Source of the DNA: Polyangia bacterium
Lineage (GTDB): Bacteria > Myxococcota_A > Polyangia > JAAYKL01
Direction of reading: 5' to 3'
Assembly: GCA_050287845.1 (NCBI GenBank)
Contig: JBNKCR010000071.1
Span: 1-64,000, forward strand
Length of the DNA stretch: 64,000 bases
The notes under the pieces were generated by a model. The model saw nothing but the letters and a program-made list of their open reading frames with translations, was not told where the DNA came from and searched no databases. Position 1 is the stretch's first letter, and each line of letters opens with the position of its first letter. Made by a program: the position numbers and the translations under genes. Shown here one piece after another: positions 61,094 through 64,000 of this stretch.

Positions 61094-62172
61094 GTTGAAT
61101 TATCCACGAGATCTTGCAGAAAGTGGACTTGGGCTGACGAATTTATGGATGAGATGGTCTGTTGAATCTCCTTTCGATACTTGAATGGCGTAACAAGAAC
61201 GGTGGGAGATGACTCCGTATTGAGCGCTTCAGGAAATCTCACTTGCTTTTTAAACGACGCAACGCATTGTTCCGGGTTCTTGTCTACGACAAAGGCAACA
61301 TTCTCCCGAATAAGCGGCCAGAGTTTTTCAGTTAGTGTTCCACCGCCATATACAATTATCGACGGATTCGCCTCTATAAATTCATGTATGCGCGCTGCCC
61401 CTGACAGAATCTCGGCCGAATAGTATTCCTTGATAACGGATGTGAAATAGGCGTGTTGCTCCTCTTTGAAATTGATGATGAATTCCTTGTCAAAGTCTGT
61501 AAGAAACTGGTTGACGTATGCAAATGTTTCAGAGTTCCAATAGATATCGGGTGACCGCATTCCCTGGACAGTTTTGGACGCATTGTGCATGTCGAAAACA
61601 CCAAATGTCTTCTCTAACGCGCCGATGCGTCGATGAGCGCAGAGAGACAACAGGAATTCATGATCCATTGTGTAGTGATTCTGTTCATTGAAACCAATAG
61701 TTTCCTGAAACTCTCTTCGATAAAAATATTGAATTGGATTAATTGGAAACAGCCTTTTCCAATGACTGATGATGTCCGCATAGTCGATGCTGGGAATAAA
61801 CTTTTTTTGTGTTCGATTCGGCGTGATAACATCTATATTTCCAAAAACAATATCAACTCCTTCGTTAAAAGCCTCAACAACCGTTGTAAATGTGTCTGGG
61901 TAAAAATAATCGTCGGCATTCAGATACACAATGATCTCACCGCTGCTGAGCGCAAACCCCTTGTTCATAGCGTTTGATTGCCCTGTATCGGGTTCGCTAA
62001 CCCATTTTACATGTGGGTTGCTTTTAAGAATATTCACTGTCTGGTCTGAAGAAGCGCCGTCAATAACAACATGTTCTATGTTCGTGTAGTTTTGCTGAAC
62101 CACACTTTCAATGGCCCGCTGAATAAATTTTTCTGAATTGAGTGATGGTGTTATGACCGATATTTTCTTCAA
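61063..62172 (-). CDS. GT2 glycosyltransferase with C-terminal Rossmann-like domain
   Basis: ISVITPSLN, IDGASSD, SEPDTGQSNAMNKG, LNADD; C-terminal IVYGGG..VVDKN. Confidence 0.92.
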   Translation of the reverse strand: MKKISVITPSLNSEKFIQRAIESVVQQNYTNIEHVVIDGASSDQTVNILKSNPHVKWVSEPDTGQSNAMNKGFALSSGEIIVYLNADDYFYPDTFTTVVEAFNEGVDIVFGNIDVITPNRTQKKFIPSIDYADIISHWKRLFPINPIQYFYRREFQETIGFNEQNHYTMDHEFLLSLCAHRRIGALEKTFGVFDMHNASKTVQGMRSPDIYWNSETFAYVNQFLTDFDKEFIINFKEEQHAYFTSVIKEYYSAEILSGAARIHEFIEANPSIIVYGGGTLTEKLWPLIRENVAFVVDKNPEQCVASFKKQVRFPEALNTESSPTVLVTPFKYRKEIQQTISSINSSAQVHFLQDLVDNSTQNDESSIML

Positions 62173-62359
62173 AATAGTACCTTGTGTAACATGGTCCTTG
62201 TTTCATGTCCCCAAACCGAAGCGTGAATTCAAATGAATTATAAGTCCATTTTGAATTTGGAACAATTTTACTGGGGCGAAAGAATTCGGTTCTCATATTT
62301 CGATTCCTTATCGGACATGGTGGCGAGGTGTTCTAATTGTCGCTAACGGAATTTTTATT

Positions 62360-62375
62360 TGGCACGACGTCAGCT
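62360..62375 (+). promoter_or_regulatory. Possible sigma54 (-24/-12) promoter
   Basis: TGGCACG-ACGT-CAGCT has GG-N10-GC spacing but lacks the TT before GC; ~200 nt upstream of the sulfotransferase. Confidence 0.35.
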
Positions 62376-62580
62376 TTATTTATGATTTCGCCAAGTTAAG
62401 ATTTCTGGGATGGAAACTGTTCAGGACACTGGATTTTGATGACATCGCCTCCTCCTCTTTGACATTTGCGAAGACGCAAATGGACTTCATAATACAAACA
62501 TAGCAAATGACCGTCACTTTTGTTTTCACAGACATAACAAAATACAATATTTGAAAAAAGCATAACCCGGAGCGCGTCAC

Positions 62581-63285
62581 ATGAAACTCAATCACGCCAT
62601 TTACCTTTCCAATCAACACACCGTTTTTGTGTATGTGCCCAAGGTTGCCTGCACAGGATGGAAAAACATTTTTCGATATTTAAACGGCGCCGAAGATTAC
62701 CTGGAAGGGCCGAAAGCACACGACCGACGGCAGTCTGGACTTCAATATTTAGATATGCTGCCAAATGGTGAAGCACTTTTGAATGATACTCATATTAAGA
62801 AAATCTGCTTTGTTCGAAACCCATACACTCGAATTCTGTCAGCCTGGTTAAACAAGTTTTTACCCAAACATTCGCTGCCTAAATTTGTTGCCATTCAAAA
62901 TGAAGTTTCAGAATATGCCCGGTTACAGTTAAAAATGGATCCCGCCAATTCGCCCTCCTTTTATGCATTTTTGCATTGGATACAGCATTCGGGTTCAACG
63001 TATGTCAAAGATGAACATTGGCTTTCGCAAACAGACATCGTTGGCAGTGATATTTCTATTTATGATTTTGTGGGCCGTTTTGAAACGCTCGAAAAAGACA
63101 TAGAACATGTTCTGAAATTGCTTCGGTGCGATGCGTCTTTTCCACCGGCCAGAGGCCTTTTGACCAACGCCAACTCAAAAATAGATATGTATTATACCCC
63201 GCGTGAAATATCGCTGGTGAAATCAATATACCAAAAGGATTTTGAAACGCTGGGGTATTCAACAGATATTAAAAACGCTGTCTGA
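62581..63285 (+). CDS. Sulfotransferase family 2 protein
   Basis: VPKVACT (5'-PSB), FVRNPYTRILSAW (3'-PB), DEHW.SQ, YDFVGRFETL, Y.KDF..LGY. Confidence 0.92.
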   Translation: MKLNHAIYLSNQHTVFVYVPKVACTGWKNIFRYLNGAEDYLEGPKAHDRRQSGLQYLDMLPNGEALLNDTHIKKICFVRNPYTRILSAWLNKFLPKHSLPKFVAIQNEVSEYARLQLKMDPANSPSFYAFLHWIQHSGSTYVKDEHWLSQTDIVGSDISIYDFVGRFETLEKDIEHVLKLLRCDASFPPARGLLTNANSKIDMYYTPREISLVKSIYQKDFETLGYSTDIKNAV

Positions 63286-63581
63286 AAAATTTAAAAAAAG
63301 GTCTATATATCTCCAGTATCACCTCAATTGTCTGCCCGATAATCACGACGTATCACCCGCTCCAATCTGTCGTAGGTGCCAGGAACAATCATCGCACTGC
63401 AACGTTGGCAGTGTAAACATCGTCTGTAAGCGTTGGCAGAAAATTTTCTGTAGGCAGGTTGCCTTGCATTTTTAATAGCTCATAATACATTTAATTCTAC
63501 ATCCAATATTGCGAAGCCATATATGAATTGGGAGGCAAAGCTGTTTTGGTGCACAAATCGTAAAACTAATTTGAGAAGACA

Positions 63582-64000
63582 ATGGCACGGGCAGTATTTT
63601 TCGACCGAGACGGCGTTCTTATAGATGATATTCATCTGCTGACTGACATAAATCGGATAGCAGTTCCTGAAAAAAACTACCAGGCGCTGGGTATGCTCGC
63701 GGCAGCTTCCCATAAACGGATTGTCATTACCAATCAGACGGTGGTTTCGAGAGGACTGGCCGAGCTTAAGGATGTGGATTCTGTTAACAAAAGGATAAAT
63801 GATTTGTATTTGAAAAATAGCGGGGTTGGTTTCCATCGGTTTTATGTGTGTCCGCATCATCCGAATGCGGACCGAATTGAGTTTCGCCAGGATTGCGATT
63901 GCCGCAAGCCGAAATCAGGAATGATTCTTGAGGCAGTAATAGATTTTAAACTCAACCCGGCACAAAGCTGGGTGATTGGAGATAGAATTTCAGACATTGC
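63582..64000 (+). CDS. gmhB: D-glycero-D-manno-heptose 1,7-bisphosphate phosphatase (HAD-IIIA), truncated by the window end
   Basis: Hand translation: MARAVFFDRDGVL...ITNQ...CPHHP...CDCRKPKSGMI...IGDRISDI. Absent from the ORF track because there is no stop in the window. Confidence 0.9.
   Translation, partial: MARAVFFDRDGVLIDDIHLLTDINRIAVPEKNYQALGMLAAASHKRIVITNQTVVSRGLAELKDVDSVNKRINDLYLKNSGVGFHRFYVCPHHPNADRIEFRQDCDCRKPKSGMILEAVIDFKLNPAQSWVIGDRISDI

Overview
Chromosomal segment of a bacterium that looks like a Myxococcota-like deltaproteobacterium. This is inferred from a MYXO-CTERM-like signal, a MXAN_2562-like beta-barrel, a Hanks-type kinase and many Cys/Asp-rich lipoproteins. Housekeeping genes: htpG, a stand-alone EF-G, tyrA, stand-alone trpB, hrpB, tRNA(CAU), ychF, truA, dnaJ, prmC. 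Signalling genes: two GGDEF proteins, an MCP, a Ser/Thr kinase, and a TetR with visible operators. Envelope/carbohydrate genes: three glycan-active lipoproteins (GH62, DUF4091-type, GH9), two of them on (DT)n/(SD)n stalks; an FN3-like CFI-box-CTERM protein paired with an outer-membrane barrel; and, at the right end, an AT-richer surface-glycan locus (pseF, pseI, two GT2, sulfotransferase, gmhB). The standout is the 2944-aa ORF at 10851-19685. It reads as two exported Cys/Asp-rich surface proteins in one frame: a vWA adhesin ending in a MYXO-CTERM-like signal, followed without a stop by a complete lipoprotein signal with its own internal Shine-Dalgarno/ATG and a repeat + FGE/CLec-fold protein. 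This is a candidate membrane-processed polyprotein or nested gene. Other observations: a recurrent D-T-D motif in exported proteins, a probable ATC start codon for pseF, and an orphan LacI-type palindrome plus repeats between two convergent genes. All family assignments come from motif recognition by eye; no database search was run.
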